The notes below the pieces were generated by a model. The model was not told the DNA's origin and did no database searches. It saw only the letters and a list, made by a program, of their open reading frames with translations. This document shows, one piece after another, positions 1 through 11,448 of a stretch of DNA of 64,000 nucleotides. Position numbers and translations under genes: made by a program. This DNA is from Lama glama. Taxonomy: Eukaryota. The stretch is from positions 23,932,001-23,996,000 of the forward strand of contig CM052826.1 of the NCBI GenBank assembly GCA_028534125.1. The letters are read 5' to 3'. Every line of letters begins with the position of its first letter. The stretch's first letter is position 1.

Positions 1-94
1 ACTCCAGGCTCTTTCCTAGGCCTCGGACTTGGTCCCTGCTCCAGGAGCGCTCCTAAGCAGCGGAAGGAGACAGGTGAAGTAAAATAAAGCTGAG

Positions 95-178
95 AGCGCA
101 GAGGTAGACTGAGTGCTTACCATGAATGGGGTCCCGGGTTCAATTCCCCGTACCTCTATTAAAAAAAATAAACAATAA
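95..178 (+). mobile_element. Degenerate tRNA-derived SINE (camelid vic-1-like)
   Basis: B-box-like GGTTCAATTCC at 137-147, followed by GTACCTC and an A-rich tail, as in the better-preserved copies at 3.1-4.3 kb. Confidence 0.65.
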
Positions 179-529
179 GAGGCCATTTCCAATAGTCACA
201 GTAAGTGCTCTACGGGGACTGCAACGTGGGTGGTAACGTGGTGAGCTGAGTGGTTGGGGACGGCATCTTTGCAGAAGCGACACTTTCCCTGAACCCTGAA
301 ATGATGAGTTTTCTGTGCGAAGAGCATTCCTGGCAGGACCTGACTCTGCGTGTTGAAACCAGGAAGATCTCATAGGTTGGAGTTGGGAGAAACCAGGGGC
401 GCGTGGAAGAAATAAAGCCAGGGGCCAGAGAGCTTGGCTACTTTGGTAAACCACTGGGCAGTTTGGACGAAATCTAAACTCATGTATATTCCGTGACTCA
501 GCAAATCAATTCCTGAATGCATAGGCGCC

Positions 530-1130
530 TGTTACGGACTGAATTGTATTCCCCCAAATGTGTCGTCCGTGGAAGCCCTAATCATCACCTGTACTTCAGA
601 ATGTGGCTGTAGTTGGAGGCAGAGTCTTTTTTTAAAATTGATATATAGTCAGTTACAATGTGTCAATTTCTGGTGTACAGCACAATGTCCCAGTCATGCA
701 TATATATACATGTATTCGTTTTCATATTCTTTGTCATTAAAGGTTTTTATGAGATTTTGAATATAGTTCCCTGTGCTAAACAGAAGAAATTTGCTTTTTA
801 TCTATATTTTTATATGCTAGTTAATATTTGGGAATCTCAAACTCCCAAATTATCCCTTCTCACCTCCTTTCTCCACAGTAACTATTAGATTGTTTACTAT
901 GTGGAGACAGTCTTTACAGAGTTAATCTGAGTGAAATGAGTTCTAGACCCTAATCCCATCTGACTGGTGTCCTTAGAGGAAAAGGAAATCAGGACACACA
1001 CACACAGAGGGACGCCCATGTGAGGATGCAGGGAGAAGACTGCCCTCTGCACAGGAGGGAGCGAGGCCTCAGAGGGGACCAGCCCCACCCACACCTTGAT
1101 CTCTGGAGCCGAGAACTGGAGTGGATAAAG
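530..1130 (+). mobile_element. MLT1-type (MaLR) solo LTR interrupted by an L1 3' fragment
   Basis: Starts TGTTACGGACTGAATTG..CCCCCAAA and resumes after ~905 with CCCTAATCC..TGACTGGTGTCCTT..GAGGCCTCAGA..CACCTTGATCT, typical MLT1 segments. Confidence 0.7.
627..900 (-). mobile_element. L1 3' UTR fragment (artiodactyl/camelid-type)
   Basis: Poly-T followed by TTACAATGTGTCAATTTCTGGTGTACAGC..TTGAATATAGTTCCCTGTGCT; closely similar copy at 4021-4183. Confidence 0.75.
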
Positions 1131-1333
1131 CCAGCACAGAGACAATGTGTGGTGTGACTCTGACTGCAGAAGGTACAAAATCAAGCAAAATGCATCAGAG
1201 GAGATGGGAAGTCAAGCAGTGGTAACCTCCAGGAGGGGAGGGACAGGGACAGAGCAGGGGGAGCCTCTGAGGTAGACGTAGAAGTGGGTCACAGTGCACG
1301 GGTGTGTATGCATTTGTGTGCATGTTGAAGTGC

Positions 1334-1672
1334 TATTTTTAAGAGCAGTTTTAGGTTCCTAGAAACATCGAGCGGAAGGTACCGAGATTTCCCATTACCC
1401 CTCCCCGCCATGCACAGCCTCCCCAACTCTCAACGTCCCCCACCAGAGGGGCACATTTGTGACCAGGATGAACCCACTGGGATTCGCTCTTGGTGGTGAG
1501 CATTCTGCGGGTGTGGACAAACTCGTGGCAAGATGCATCTACCATGACGGTATCGGGTATTAACAAGAGTCTCTTCGCTGCCTTGAACCCCTCTGTGCCC
1601 CACCTACTTGTCCCCTCCCTCCCCCAACCCCTGGCCACCAGCAATCTTTTTGCTGTCTCCCCAGTTTTGCTT
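1334..1672 (-). mobile_element. Ancient L1 3' end (L1MC-like)
   Basis: AGAGCAGTTTTAGGTTC..ATGCACAGCCTCCCC..CACCAGAG..ACATTTGT..GATGAACC..CCCCAACCCCTGGC resembles the L1MC1 3' end consensus. Confidence 0.65.
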
Positions 1673-1771
1673 GGATGAGTGCCATTTCACTAAGCTCTGC
1701 AGTTCACATTTGTGCATGTTACAGTCTGTGCGTTGTATCTTCTTTTGTTTTGATATCTTCTTTTTTTTTTA

Positions 1772-2145
1772 AACATTCTTCCTAGATGTGTCTGTGGGGG
1801 CGTTTCAGGCAAGGTGATCATTTGAATTGATGGGCTCTGTAAAGCAGATGGCCCTCGCCAAAGTAGGCACCAACCAGTCCATTTTGGACTTGAATACAAA
1901 GCAAAGCAAAAGAAGGGAGAATTTGTCCCATGAGCCTGATGGCCAGCGGGAACATCAGTCACCTCCTGCTCTTGGCTTGGGACTTGCAGCACCGCAGCAC
2001 CGGGTATCTTGTGCCACCAGTTTGCAGACGGCAGATCCGGACATTTTAGCCTCCACAATCCTGATGAGACGTCTGTATAGCAGTATCGTACCATTTATGT
2101 CCTTGTATATTTATCAGTTCCGTTTCTCTGGAGAACCCTAAAATA
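1772..2145 (+). mobile_element. MLT2-type (ERVL) solo LTR
   Basis: TAGATGTGTCTGTG..TAAAGCAGATGGCCCTC..TTGCAGACGGCAGATC..AGCCTCCACAATC..TTTCTCTGGAGAACCCT hallmark MLT2 segments. Confidence 0.7.
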
Positions 2146-2772
2146 AGCTCCCAGGGTGGTCCTCCTGCACCTCTTTATTTGGAAACCCAACTCCCGAGGT
2201 GAATAGGTGGGGCGGTGGTGCTGGGTCTGGCTGTGTAGATGGCAGGAGGATGCTGGCTTCCATGGGAGGGGCTTCCTTAGAAAAGTCTCTTGCCTCCTGG
2301 CGCTCATTATTCACTCCTGTCCCATCTCCCCTCCCGGCCCTCACCCCCAATCAGCTGGGCAAGCAGTGCTATTTTCAGATGCCCCCCCCCCCCCCGACTT
2401 CCTTCCTCCCCGTGTCAGGAACCCACTTCCTGGCTGGGTCTCTCTCTCTCCCCTCTGGGTGGGGCAAAGACAAACTTGCACCTTGGAGTTTTTCTCCACC
2501 AGCCTCAGGGTCCCAGACCTTTAACTTGGGTCTCCCTGTACTCTCCCCGAACCAGGACTGGCCACCTAATGTGCAGATCCCAGCCCCAAAGGAAAATACA
2601 GACCCCCTGGTTCAAGGGTTGTTAGGAATTCCAAGACACAGGGCACAGAGCAGTAGGGCATGGGGCAGGGGGCCCCTTCTGAGCTTGGGGCCCTGAGTGA
2701 CTTTCAGCTCATGGTTTCAGCGCATGGAACTAGCATTGCCTCAGCCACCTCCCACCTCGTGGTTTCAGGAAG

Positions 2773-3365
2773 TTTTATTTATTTATTTTTATTGTGGTAA
2801 AATACACCGCAAGACTCACTGTCTCAACCATTTTTAAGAGCACAGCTCAGTGGCATTAAACATATTCACCCTGTTGTGTGACCCTCCCCACCATCATCTC
2901 CAGAACTTTCTTATCTTCCCAAGTTGAAACTCTGTCCCCATGAAACACTGACTCCCGACCCCCTCCCCCAGCTCTGGCCCCACCATCTGATGTGACTCTT
3001 CCAGGGACCTCCTGTGAGTGGGATCAGACAGTATCTGTCCTTCTGTGTCTGTTTCTCTCCCTGAGGATCATGTCCTCAAGGTTCATCCATCATCTGTATT
3101 GTAGCCAGTGTCAGAATCTCCTTCTTTTTTTTTTTTAATGGAGGTACTGGGGATTGAACACTGGACCTCCTGCATGCTAAGCATGCATGCTACCACTAAG
3201 CTATTAGCATCCTCCTAGAATTTCCTTCCTTTATAAGGCTGGATCACACTCCAGTGTGCAGATGGACCACATTTTGTTCATCCTTTGGTGGACACTTGGG
3301 TGGCTTCTACGCTTGGCTGCTGTGAACATTCATGTACAGGATTCTGTTTGACACTGTTTCAGATT
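2773..3365 (-). mobile_element. L1 3' fragment (L1MB-like) with nested SINE
   Basis: TTATTGTGGTAAAATACAC..CAGTGGCATTAA..CCAGAACTTT..AAGGTTCATCCAT..GTGGACACTTGGGT typical of L1M 3' UTR. Confidence 0.7.
3125..3216 (-). mobile_element. vic-1-like tRNA-derived SINE with target-site duplication
   Basis: Reverse complement reads TAGCTTAGTGGTAG..GCTTAGCATGC..GTTCAATCCCCAGTACCTCC plus poly-A; TSD AGAATCTCCTTC (3113-3124) / AGAATTTCCTTC (3217-3228). Confidence 0.85.
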
Positions 3366-3652
3366 TTTCTGGTTTGTATGGATAAGCACAAACATTAATT
3401 TTTAATGGTCAGTTTTTATTTAAACCTCTAGTTTTATTTCAGCTTCTGGCTGATCCTAAAGGTGAAACATCCTTTGCCCAACAAAACTGACATGAACTCA
3501 GAATTTTCATCAAAGTTGATGAGAAAAAGTCCTCCCGCATCCTTAACCCCCAGCGTCCTCGCGTTCCCACTGTGGCGTGTCTTCTTTCAGGGGGAGCTAG
3601 GCTCACTCTATTTCCTGGATGTGGTAGGTGGATCTTTTCATTAGACTGCCCT

Positions 3653-3782
3653 GGGGGGAGGAGGGTATAGCTCAGTGGTAGAGTGTGTGCTTAGCATTCA
3701 CGAGGTCCTGGATTCAATCCTCAGTACCTCCGTTTAATAAAATAAATAAATAAACCTAATTACCCCCCCCAAAAGACAAATA
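3653..3782 (+). mobile_element. vic-1-like tRNA-derived SINE
   Basis: GAGGGTATAGCTCAGTGGTAGAG (A box)..GGATTCAATCC (B box)..GTACCTCC with (TAAA)n tail. Confidence 0.85.
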
Positions 3783-4020
3783 ATCCTGTACTTTCTAAAG
3801 TCTTCCCCACAAGTCCTGCCCACGGGTGGGAAATGCCCCCACATGCTCTTGTCATCCCCCTACAGCGGGAACAGTCTGCTACGTGTGTGTCATCGAGAGG
3901 GGACTGAGACCCCCCTGGGGGGCTGTGTGAGAGGACCCCAAGATGGGCCAAGGTGGAAGACATGACTATCAGTACAGTGTTTTTGAAAGCTATAATGTCT
4001 GTGTGGTTTTTTTTAGAGTG

Positions 4021-4183
4021 TTTCTTTTTAATTGAAGTATAGTCCATTACAATGTGTCAATTTCTAGTATACATCACCATGTCCCAGCCATGCGTATACA
4101 TACATATATTTAGTTTCATATTCTTCTTTATTAAAGGTTATTACAAGGTATTGAATATAGTTCCCTGTGCTGTACAGAAGAAT
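4021..4183 (-). mobile_element. L1 3' end fragment, same family as 627-900
   Basis: TTAATTGAAGTATAG..TTACAATGTGTCAATTTCT..TTGAATATAGTTCCCTGTGCTGTACAGAAGAA. Confidence 0.75.
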
Positions 4184-4197
4184 CATGATGTGTGTTT

Positions 4198-4347
4198 TTT
4201 TTAATTAAAAAAAATTATTTATTTTTTGTGGAGGGAGGTCATTAAGTCTATTTATTTACTTATTTTTAGATGAGGTACTGGGGATTGAACCCAGGACCTC
4301 ATGCATGCTAAGCATGTGCTCTACCACTTGAGTTATACCTTCCCTCC
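4198..4347 (-). mobile_element. vic-1-like tRNA-derived SINE with perfect 14-bp TSD
   Basis: Reverse complement GGTATAACTCAAGTGGTAGAG..GGGTTCAATCCCCAGTACCTC; TSD CATGATGTGTGTTT at 4184-4197 and 4348-4361. Confidence 0.9.
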
Positions 4348-4703
4348 CATGATGTGTGTTTAAAACATAAAAATAAAAAGTGGAGAAGGTCTCTTTACAC
4401 CTGCTCACAGGTGAAGACAGATGCCTGGGTTTCCTGGCATCAAATCTGGAGCAACTGGCAATACTGGCTACCTTGAGATGGGGCCACCTGTTTCCTGGCA
4501 AACAGGGTAGGGGAAGAGATGTTTTATGCACAGCCTTTTAGACCCTTTGAATTTTGAACCATGTTATACATTTCCCATAAAAACATTAAAGTAAAACTAT
4601 TTTAAAAAAAAAAAGACCAATAGCCTTGTTGTATCGGTCTCCATACCTCAGCTGCATTTTTTTTTCATCAAGAGTTAACCATGGGGAAAAAAAGTCAACC
4701 ATG

Positions 4704-5113
4704 GACCTAGAAATTGTCATGCTAAATGAAGTAAGTCAAACAGAGAAAGACAGATATCATATGACATCACTTATCTGTGGAATCTAAAATATGAAACAAA
4801 TAAACTTACTTACAAAACAGAGTCACAGACATAGAAAACAAACTTACGGTTACTAGAGGGAAAGTGGGGTGGGAGGGATAAATTAAGAGTTTGGGTTTAA
4901 CAGATACAAACTGCTGTATATAAAGCAGATAAACAACAAAGTCCTAGTGAGTAGCACTATACACTATATTCAACATCTTGTAACAACCTATAATGGAAAA
5001 GAACATGAAAAAGAATGTATACATGTATAACCGGATTACGCTGCTGTACACCAGAAACTAACACAACATTGTAAAGCAATTATACTTTAATTATTAACAA
5101 CAACAGCAACAAC
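4704..5113 (+). mobile_element. 5'-truncated L1 (end of ORF2 remnant plus 3' UTR) with 11-bp TSD
   Basis: GACCTAGA..GTAAGTCAAACAGAGAAAGACAGATATCATATG..GCTGTACACCAGAAACTAACACAACATTGTAAA with (AAC)n tail; TSD AGTCAACCATG at 4693-4703 and 5114-5124. Confidence 0.85.
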
Positions 5114-5289
5114 AGTCAACCATGATCTTTTAATCCAGTCTCCTCTCGCCACTCTGAGGCTATTTTTCTCTTTTCACTTTTGGAAATAAGGCAGGGATGG
5201 ACATCTATGGACAGAACGTGAAGCTTTCACCATACTATTAACTTAGATTTTTAGAAGAATTCCTTCTTTCCTCTCTTCCTACGTCTCTT

Positions 5290-5407
5290 CTTCAAACATT
5301 TATTGAGTGCTTACTGAATGCTAAGCCCCAAGCTGGGCGTCAGGACACAGCTGGGAACAGAAAGGACACAGATACCGATGCCTTTCCTCTTGGCGCTCAC
5401 AGACTAG
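5290..5407 (-). mobile_element. L2 3' end fragment
   Basis: TTCAAACATTTATTGAGTGCTTACT..GCTCACAGACTAG is a typical reverse L2 tail; L2-like sequence continues at about 5830-6260. Confidence 0.6.
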
Positions 5408-5620
5408 CCTGTTGCTTCTAGAACTTTCCCTGATGGATTTATTCTCCATCGGTGCCATCCCAGATAGCAGCAGCCAGCCCCACTTGGCTTGTGGGCACTT
5501 GAAATGAGCCCATTGCAACTGGAGAAGTGAAATTTAAATCTTATTTAGTCAACTCATTCAAATTTAAATAGCCCTACGGGGCAGGGGTGGGGGTGTTGAT
5601 GGCTTCCATATTGGACGATG
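5408..5620. mobile_element. MER3-like hAT-Charlie DNA transposon
   Basis: TAGAACTTTCC..GATGGA..GCACTTGAAATG..AAATTTAAATAGCC..CCATATTGGAC. Confidence 0.65.
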
Positions 5621-7184
5621 TGGCTCCCGGTGGGAATACTTTTAAGACCATTGGTTCCTGTGGTCAAGTTATTTTCCTGATGGGTTGGGTGTCTCAGGTC
5701 AGGAGAGAAGGAAAAGCACAATGTCCCACCGGCCTGAGGTATGTGCTGGTGGCACCCAAATGCTCATGGAGCCTCCGTCCATCCTCCTGAAAGCCTTCTT
5801 CCGGGTTAAGAATCCTCTTCCTCCTGTGTGTGTTGTGAACCCATTGTTCATTAGACAGCATGGAGGACAGCTGGGGACATAGTGGACAAGAGCCTGGGTC
5901 TCTGCCCCAAGGAGACTGGAGTTCATGAAATACAGGGAAGACAGATGATAACCAAGGAAACAATTCAATAAAATGACCAGATGGCAAGTTCTATGTTGGA
6001 AATAAATAGGGTGTGGTAGGGACTTTGGCTGGGAGTGCTCAGGGAGGGCTTTGTGAGGAGGTGATATTTGAGTGGGGTCCTGAAGATGAGGAGGAGTTGG
6101 CCATGTATCTATGTGGGTGCAAGGTACTCCAGGCAGGAGGCACAGCTCATGCAAAGGCCATGAGGTAGCAACAAACTTGGCAAGGCAAGCTTAACTAGGA
6201 CAGAGAGGGCAGGGGCAAGTGAAGGCGATGGGAGGAGAAGTAGGGAAAATGGGCCGGCAGCTTCAGGGCTATACCTAGCAGGAGCTTTGGAGGGGGGAGG
6301 AGAGAGGGGTCTTCTGAGACATTGGGGCATTCATCCTTCTAGAGCACACTCTGGTCAGTGGTGGAACTTGGTGAGGATGGAACAGGCCACATCTGAGCGG
6401 GGACTGAGCCTGTCCTCACCTCCTGGGCCCGCCGCCCCTCTGCAGTGTTCTCCTTGGGGATGTTGGTCCTGGTGGAGCTGGCTCTCCCAAGCGATGCAGC
6501 CACAGCTCAGGCCTTTTCCAGCCTAGAGGAAGAGAGGGAAGGGGTTAGGGAGGTTGCAGGCAGTCCTCTTCCTGCTCTGGTTCAAGGAAATTGGAAGGAG
6601 CCTAGCCTAGTTGTGACCTTTGGACCTCGGGAGAACAGCTGACACTGGGAGCCTTGACAGGGGCAGCAGAGGCAGGGGGACTCTGGGCACCCCTCGACAG
6701 CCCCTGGGCACACAGCTATGGGAGGTGGCAGCGGAGCCCTGCACCGGGGGCTGGAGGAACTGGCTGGAAACCAGCCCTGGGCAGTGTCCACCCCTGAGCC
6801 TGTGTTCTCTCCTGGCAGCTGCCCCTAGCAATGGGGCCCTGGGGGAGGGTTGGCTTATCTGTGCAAATGAGGCCGAAGATTAGACTCCCTGGGGAGGAGA
6901 GGGGGCTGGGGCTTCCTACTAGGGGTGGGGCGGCTTTTGAGCTGGAATAGGCGTGCAGGCAGTGGAAGGGTGAGGCTGTCCTGCTAACTCACCAGCCTGC
7001 CTCAGGCTAGGCCCCTCTGCAGCCTTCCTGCCTCTGTCCCTGTCACTGGCCTCTGTGCCCAGCCTCAAAGAGGTTCCCGGGTCACCTTCGGCCACCCTCC
7101 CCACTGTGCTCCCAAGCCTCATCCTAATCCATCTCCTCAGCTCTCAGCTCTGTAAGAGCTGCCTCCCTCCCGGCGGTGTGAACT

Positions 7185-7526
7185 GAGCCAGTGTGACTAG
7201 GGTGAGCAGGGCGGGGCACTCGCCTTAGGACATTTAAGGAATACCAAAAAATTCAGCCAGTAAGACCCATAATATTTTAATGCATTAGTAAAAAGCCAAA
7301 ACCAGTGCAAAAGAATCCGTGATGAACGAAATAGCCAGATTTTAAATAAAGGCAGGATCACTTCCCTTACCCCAGTCAGGGGGCTGGTTTCAGTAAAATT
7401 TTGGTGTTTTTTTTTTTAAGTAGTGCATTAAAATTTTTTTAATCTTGATAACTGAGTTTTATGGGATCCTGTAAATCTTGCTTCCCAGGATACTGCCTCA
7501 CGTGCCTCACCCTGGTGCTGGCCCTG
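7185..7526. mobile_element. MER96B-like palindromic hAT MITE directly upstream of the ABHD17A promoter
   Basis: ACTAGGGTGAG..GCACTCGCCT..TTTTAATGCA..GATGAAC..TTTAAATAAAGGCAGGATCA with inverted arm ending TGCCTCACCCTGGTGCTGGCCCTG. Confidence 0.65.
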
Positions 7527-7599
7527 CAAGGAGTGAAGGAACGGTTCTGAATCTCCACTCCCGACAACCTGGGCTGGAACCTGAAGCCAGGGCCCCACC

Positions 7600-8460
7600 C
7601 ACTCCACGATCGGTCACGCCCACCGGACTAGCCCCGCCCCCATCCCGGCCCCGACCTCCGCCCGCTCGGCCCCCGTGCGCACCTGAGCGTCACTTCCGGG
7701 GCGGTGGCGGGAGTAAAGCTCACTTCCGCCCGCGGGGGAGCGGCGGCGGCGGCGCAGGAGAGCCGGCAGGGGCGCGGGGGGACCGACAGACGCACGGGCG
7801 GGCGGCCGGGAGCCATGGAGCGCGGCCCTGGGGCCGGGGGGCGCGGGCTGCGGCGGTGAGTGGCAGGCGGGGGGGCGCGGCGGCGCGGGTAGGTCTTGGT
7901 GCCTCCCTCGGCCGTTTGGGGAGCCGGGCCGGGCCGCGAGGCCGGGCAGTCCGGCCAGACGTCCCCGAGACCCCGCACTCCCGGAGTGTCCGCCGTCCGG
8001 AGCGGGGGCCGCGGGACAGTGTCTCCGACTCTGGCGGAGCCCGGTCCGCCGTCCGTTCAGCCCTGCGACGTGGGGTGTGCGCCCGCCTCAGGGACGCGGC
8101 CCCGCCTTGGGGGAGTGCACCGTCCAAGCCGCGGACTCTGCCCCGGCCCCCGAACTTTCCCCCATCCGGACCCGGGCCCGCCGCAGCAGCCGGAGCCGAG
8201 CCCTACTTCCTAAACGTCTCCAAGACATTTCTGCCCTTTCGCAGGCGTCCTCCGGCCGGCTGGGACACCGGGCCAGGTTTACAGTCCCATCTCCAGGCTT
8301 GAGCCAGAGAACGTCCACAGCCCTTCACCCTTGGGGCCCGCGCCTACCCCGCGCCCAGGACTCCTCCAGGGCTCCCCGCTTCCCCCACGATGAAGTCCAA
8401 ACTCTGCATCAGGGCTCACGGGCGCGGCCCAATCCAGCCTTTCTCCAGGACCAGGCCACT
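7600..8460 (+). promoter_or_regulatory. ABHD17A: CpG-island promoter and non-coding first exon of ABHD17A (donor after 7855)
   Basis: High CpG density, GC box 7631-7640, two ETS sites CACTTCCG (7691, 7721), donor GCG/GTGAGT at 7855/7856; the next acceptor CTGCAG ends at 11243. Confidence 0.8.
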
Positions 8461-11448
8461 CACCTCTTCCTCCCAGTGTCCCTCTGTCGCGGGACCCGCA
8501 GTGCCTCGAACTTGCTGTCACCTCTGGGGTTGGCCTGTGCTGTCCCTTCTGCCCCGCTCCCTGTCACCTGGCACTTTCCCTGCGTCTTTCAGACTGCATC
8601 TTCTTCCGGGCAGCTCCCCACCCCGACTGGCTGGGTGAGGTGCCGTCGCAGTCGTCCGTATGTAGGTCGTCCTGGAGTATTGTGATTGCCTGGTTCCTTG
8701 TTGGTCCTCTTGACACTGCCAGCCTGGCAGTGGGGTGCCCTTATCTGTGCTTGTGGACGGAATCGCTGGACTCCGGATGCCAGCGGCGCCTGCCAGTGAG
8801 TGAGGCACCTGGGAGTTCTCTGTCCAGTCTGAAGCCCGTCTCTCAGGGCACACTCAGTGACATCCCTAAAAGACAGTGGGAAGCCCCAGGTTTATGTGCT
8901 CTGAGATGAGACTGTCCTCCCTCCATCAGGCCTGGTAGACTGTAGCTTCCTCCTTTTCCCTTTGCCCCTGGTCCTTTGTCCATTCGTTCTGCCACCGTTA
9001 ATTGAGCAAGCACAGCTGTCCTTCCCTCATGGAGTTTCTGTTTGGTTTGTGGGTGGGGTATGGTTGAACATGTAAATATAAGCTGGAGAGACAGATCTGG
9101 AATCATGAGCGAGGGGGTGGGGCTGACTGTGTTTGAAAGGGCACTGGAAGGGAGATCTGAAGGGTGGCTGGGACGAGGGGCAAGGGCTGTCTGGTGAAAC
9201 AAGGGGGACTGGGTGAGCTGCGGCTCTGAGGCAGGAGAGGGCAGTGTGGCTTGTCTGGGGAGAGCCGGGCACAAGATGAGTGAGGCTGAAGAGGGTGGCC
9301 GCAGGCCTGCTGCAGACTGGCAGGCTGTGGCGAGGAGTTGGGTGTCTGTCCTGAAAGTAGTGGGGTCACTGGGGCACTCCAAAAGGGAGACTGGGTGATC
9401 AGATTTGTGTTGTGAAAAGGTCTTTCGGCTGCTAAGGGGTGGATGGCCTGGAGTGGGTGATGGTGGCCAGGTGGCTACCAGTGAGGATGGAGACTAGGCA
9501 TGTACCAGGTGTGGGTCGGGGGCAGAGGTAGGGTCAGCAGGCCTTGTGAAGGGTGGTCTGAGGGTGGAAGGAGGTGTCAAAGATGACATCCAGGTTTCCA
9601 GCTTGGTCAGTGGAACCTTGTCTACCTTGCTGTGACCGTTCATCCTCGGGTTGCCGGGGGCCTCCCACCTGCCCACTGGCTCTCACCAGCTCTTCGTCTC
9701 GAGACCAGCCTTCCCTGTGCCGCCCAAACTCCTGGAGCACCAGGGAGTGTCACCTGTTGGCACCTGGATCTCTTTGAGGATGTCTTGGAGCAGCCTCAGT
9801 TTGGAGGAGGGCATTTGGCGCACTGTGCAGTGTTGAGCAGTATCCCTGCCTCCCTCCTCAATGCTACTACACTCTTCTGTTCCCAGTCATCACCACTGGA
9901 AAAGTCCCCAGGCATTGGCAAGTGTCCCCACGGGCAAGTTCGCCTTCCTCTGAGAACCAGTATGATGGACTCTCCCTCTGAAAATACTTGCACGCAAAGT
10001 GCATATCCCACCTCAGAATCTGGGGACTCCTGGAGGCCATTGGTGTCCCCACCTTAGCTTTCATGGCCTCTCCCACTCCCCTCCGTGTGCCCCAATCCGG
10101 GTGACTGTGGGATGTGGCGTATCGTGGCCCTCGGTCTCCAGTCACAGGTCTGGAGGGAGCAGGTGTGTGTCTGGGCCTCAGACTGCTCTGACCTGCTCTG
10201 AATCTGAGTGTCCCTGGCCCGGTGGTTTTCAAAGGCTGTGGCCCCGAAACAGAACATTCTCAGGTGCTCTGCTGCCTGGAGCTGAGTTGTGAGTGTGCCC
10301 TCTCCCTCATTCGGCCTGTAGGAAAAACGTGGTAAGCGAGTGGGTTTTGCTCAAACTTTTGTATTTCCTTCCAGTCTCTGTTGGCAGCTCCGTATTCGGT
10401 TGCTGTTGCTTTAGCAGTTTAGCTGTGGTCTGTTTCAGAGCATGTTTCACAACATTCTGCAAAAGGGAGAATGTCTGTTTTTCTCTGCCTCGTGGGGCCC
10501 TCCACTCACCCCTCATCTCATTTGCTCCCTCTGTGAGGTGAGTGGTGTCTGCACTGACAGATGAGGAAACTGAGGCCGCAGACCCTTAAGCTGGCAGAGC
10601 TGAAGGGAGCCCAGGCTCTGTGGCCTGGGCCTGGCCCCAGTGGGGGAGAGAGCCTTTGTCCAGGCGCAGCGGGTGTCCACAGCCCCAGTGTGTCCTGCTT
10701 TTGTTTCCAAAGCCTTTGTTTGTTGTATTTCCTTTGCTTGGGCTCCTGTCTCCGGATGTCGCCGTCCTGCATCCTGCACGGGGCTGGTGGCTCTGTGAGC
10801 ACTCTCCTGGGTCCCGGTGGTCAGCAGTCTGTCCTTGCCTTGGCTGAGCTGTGTCACCTGGGGGTGGCAGATGAGATGGGCCCCGGGGAGTCTGGGCCAA
10901 CTGTGTGGACAGAGGTGCGGGGGGTGACGGTGTCCCTGGACCACAGGCGGGAGCTCTGTGGGGGACAGCTGGGTGCGTCGGGTCTGATAGCCCAGTGTAG
11001 CCTGCAGGCTGAAACTGGGCTGATGAGTGGGCTTAAATGGCAAGAGTTAGTGCCTGCAGGTAGAGGAAGAGTGGTAGCAGGCGGGGGCTTGGTCAGGTTT
11101 GGGTCCCACGAAGGTCACTCGGGAGGTGTTGGTGCCCAGGGAGGGCAGGCTGGGCCCAGAGGCCGGAGGCTGTGGGTAGAGTGGGCTGTGGGGAAGGCCA
11201 GGGCTCGGAGTCCATGAACCTGCATCTCACTGTCCCCCTGCAGGACTTCCCTCTGCACGACGTGGACACACGAGGCTGCCAGGCTCCCGAGCATTCGGCT
11301 TGGACCACGATGGGGCTGGGCTGCGGCCTCCTAACGGGGCTCTCATCTGGGGCGGTGGCCGGGGGTCGCCCTGCCCCCTGCCCGCGTCTCCGAGCACCCC
11401 CACCCCTCCCCGGCCGGGCGAGGTCTGCCCCGGGGCCCGGCGCCCGCC

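Noticed and set aside
3653-3735. tRNA-like sequence with A and B boxes (also at 3125, 4198 and 95)
   Set aside because: A-rich tails, TSDs on two copies and no proper acceptor stem indicate tRNA-derived SINEs, not tRNA genes
7478-8302. 274-aa ORF over the ABHD17A CpG island
   Set aside because: Starts at a non-ATG codon inside a transposon; low-complexity G/A/R/P composition typical of stop-poor GC-rich DNA
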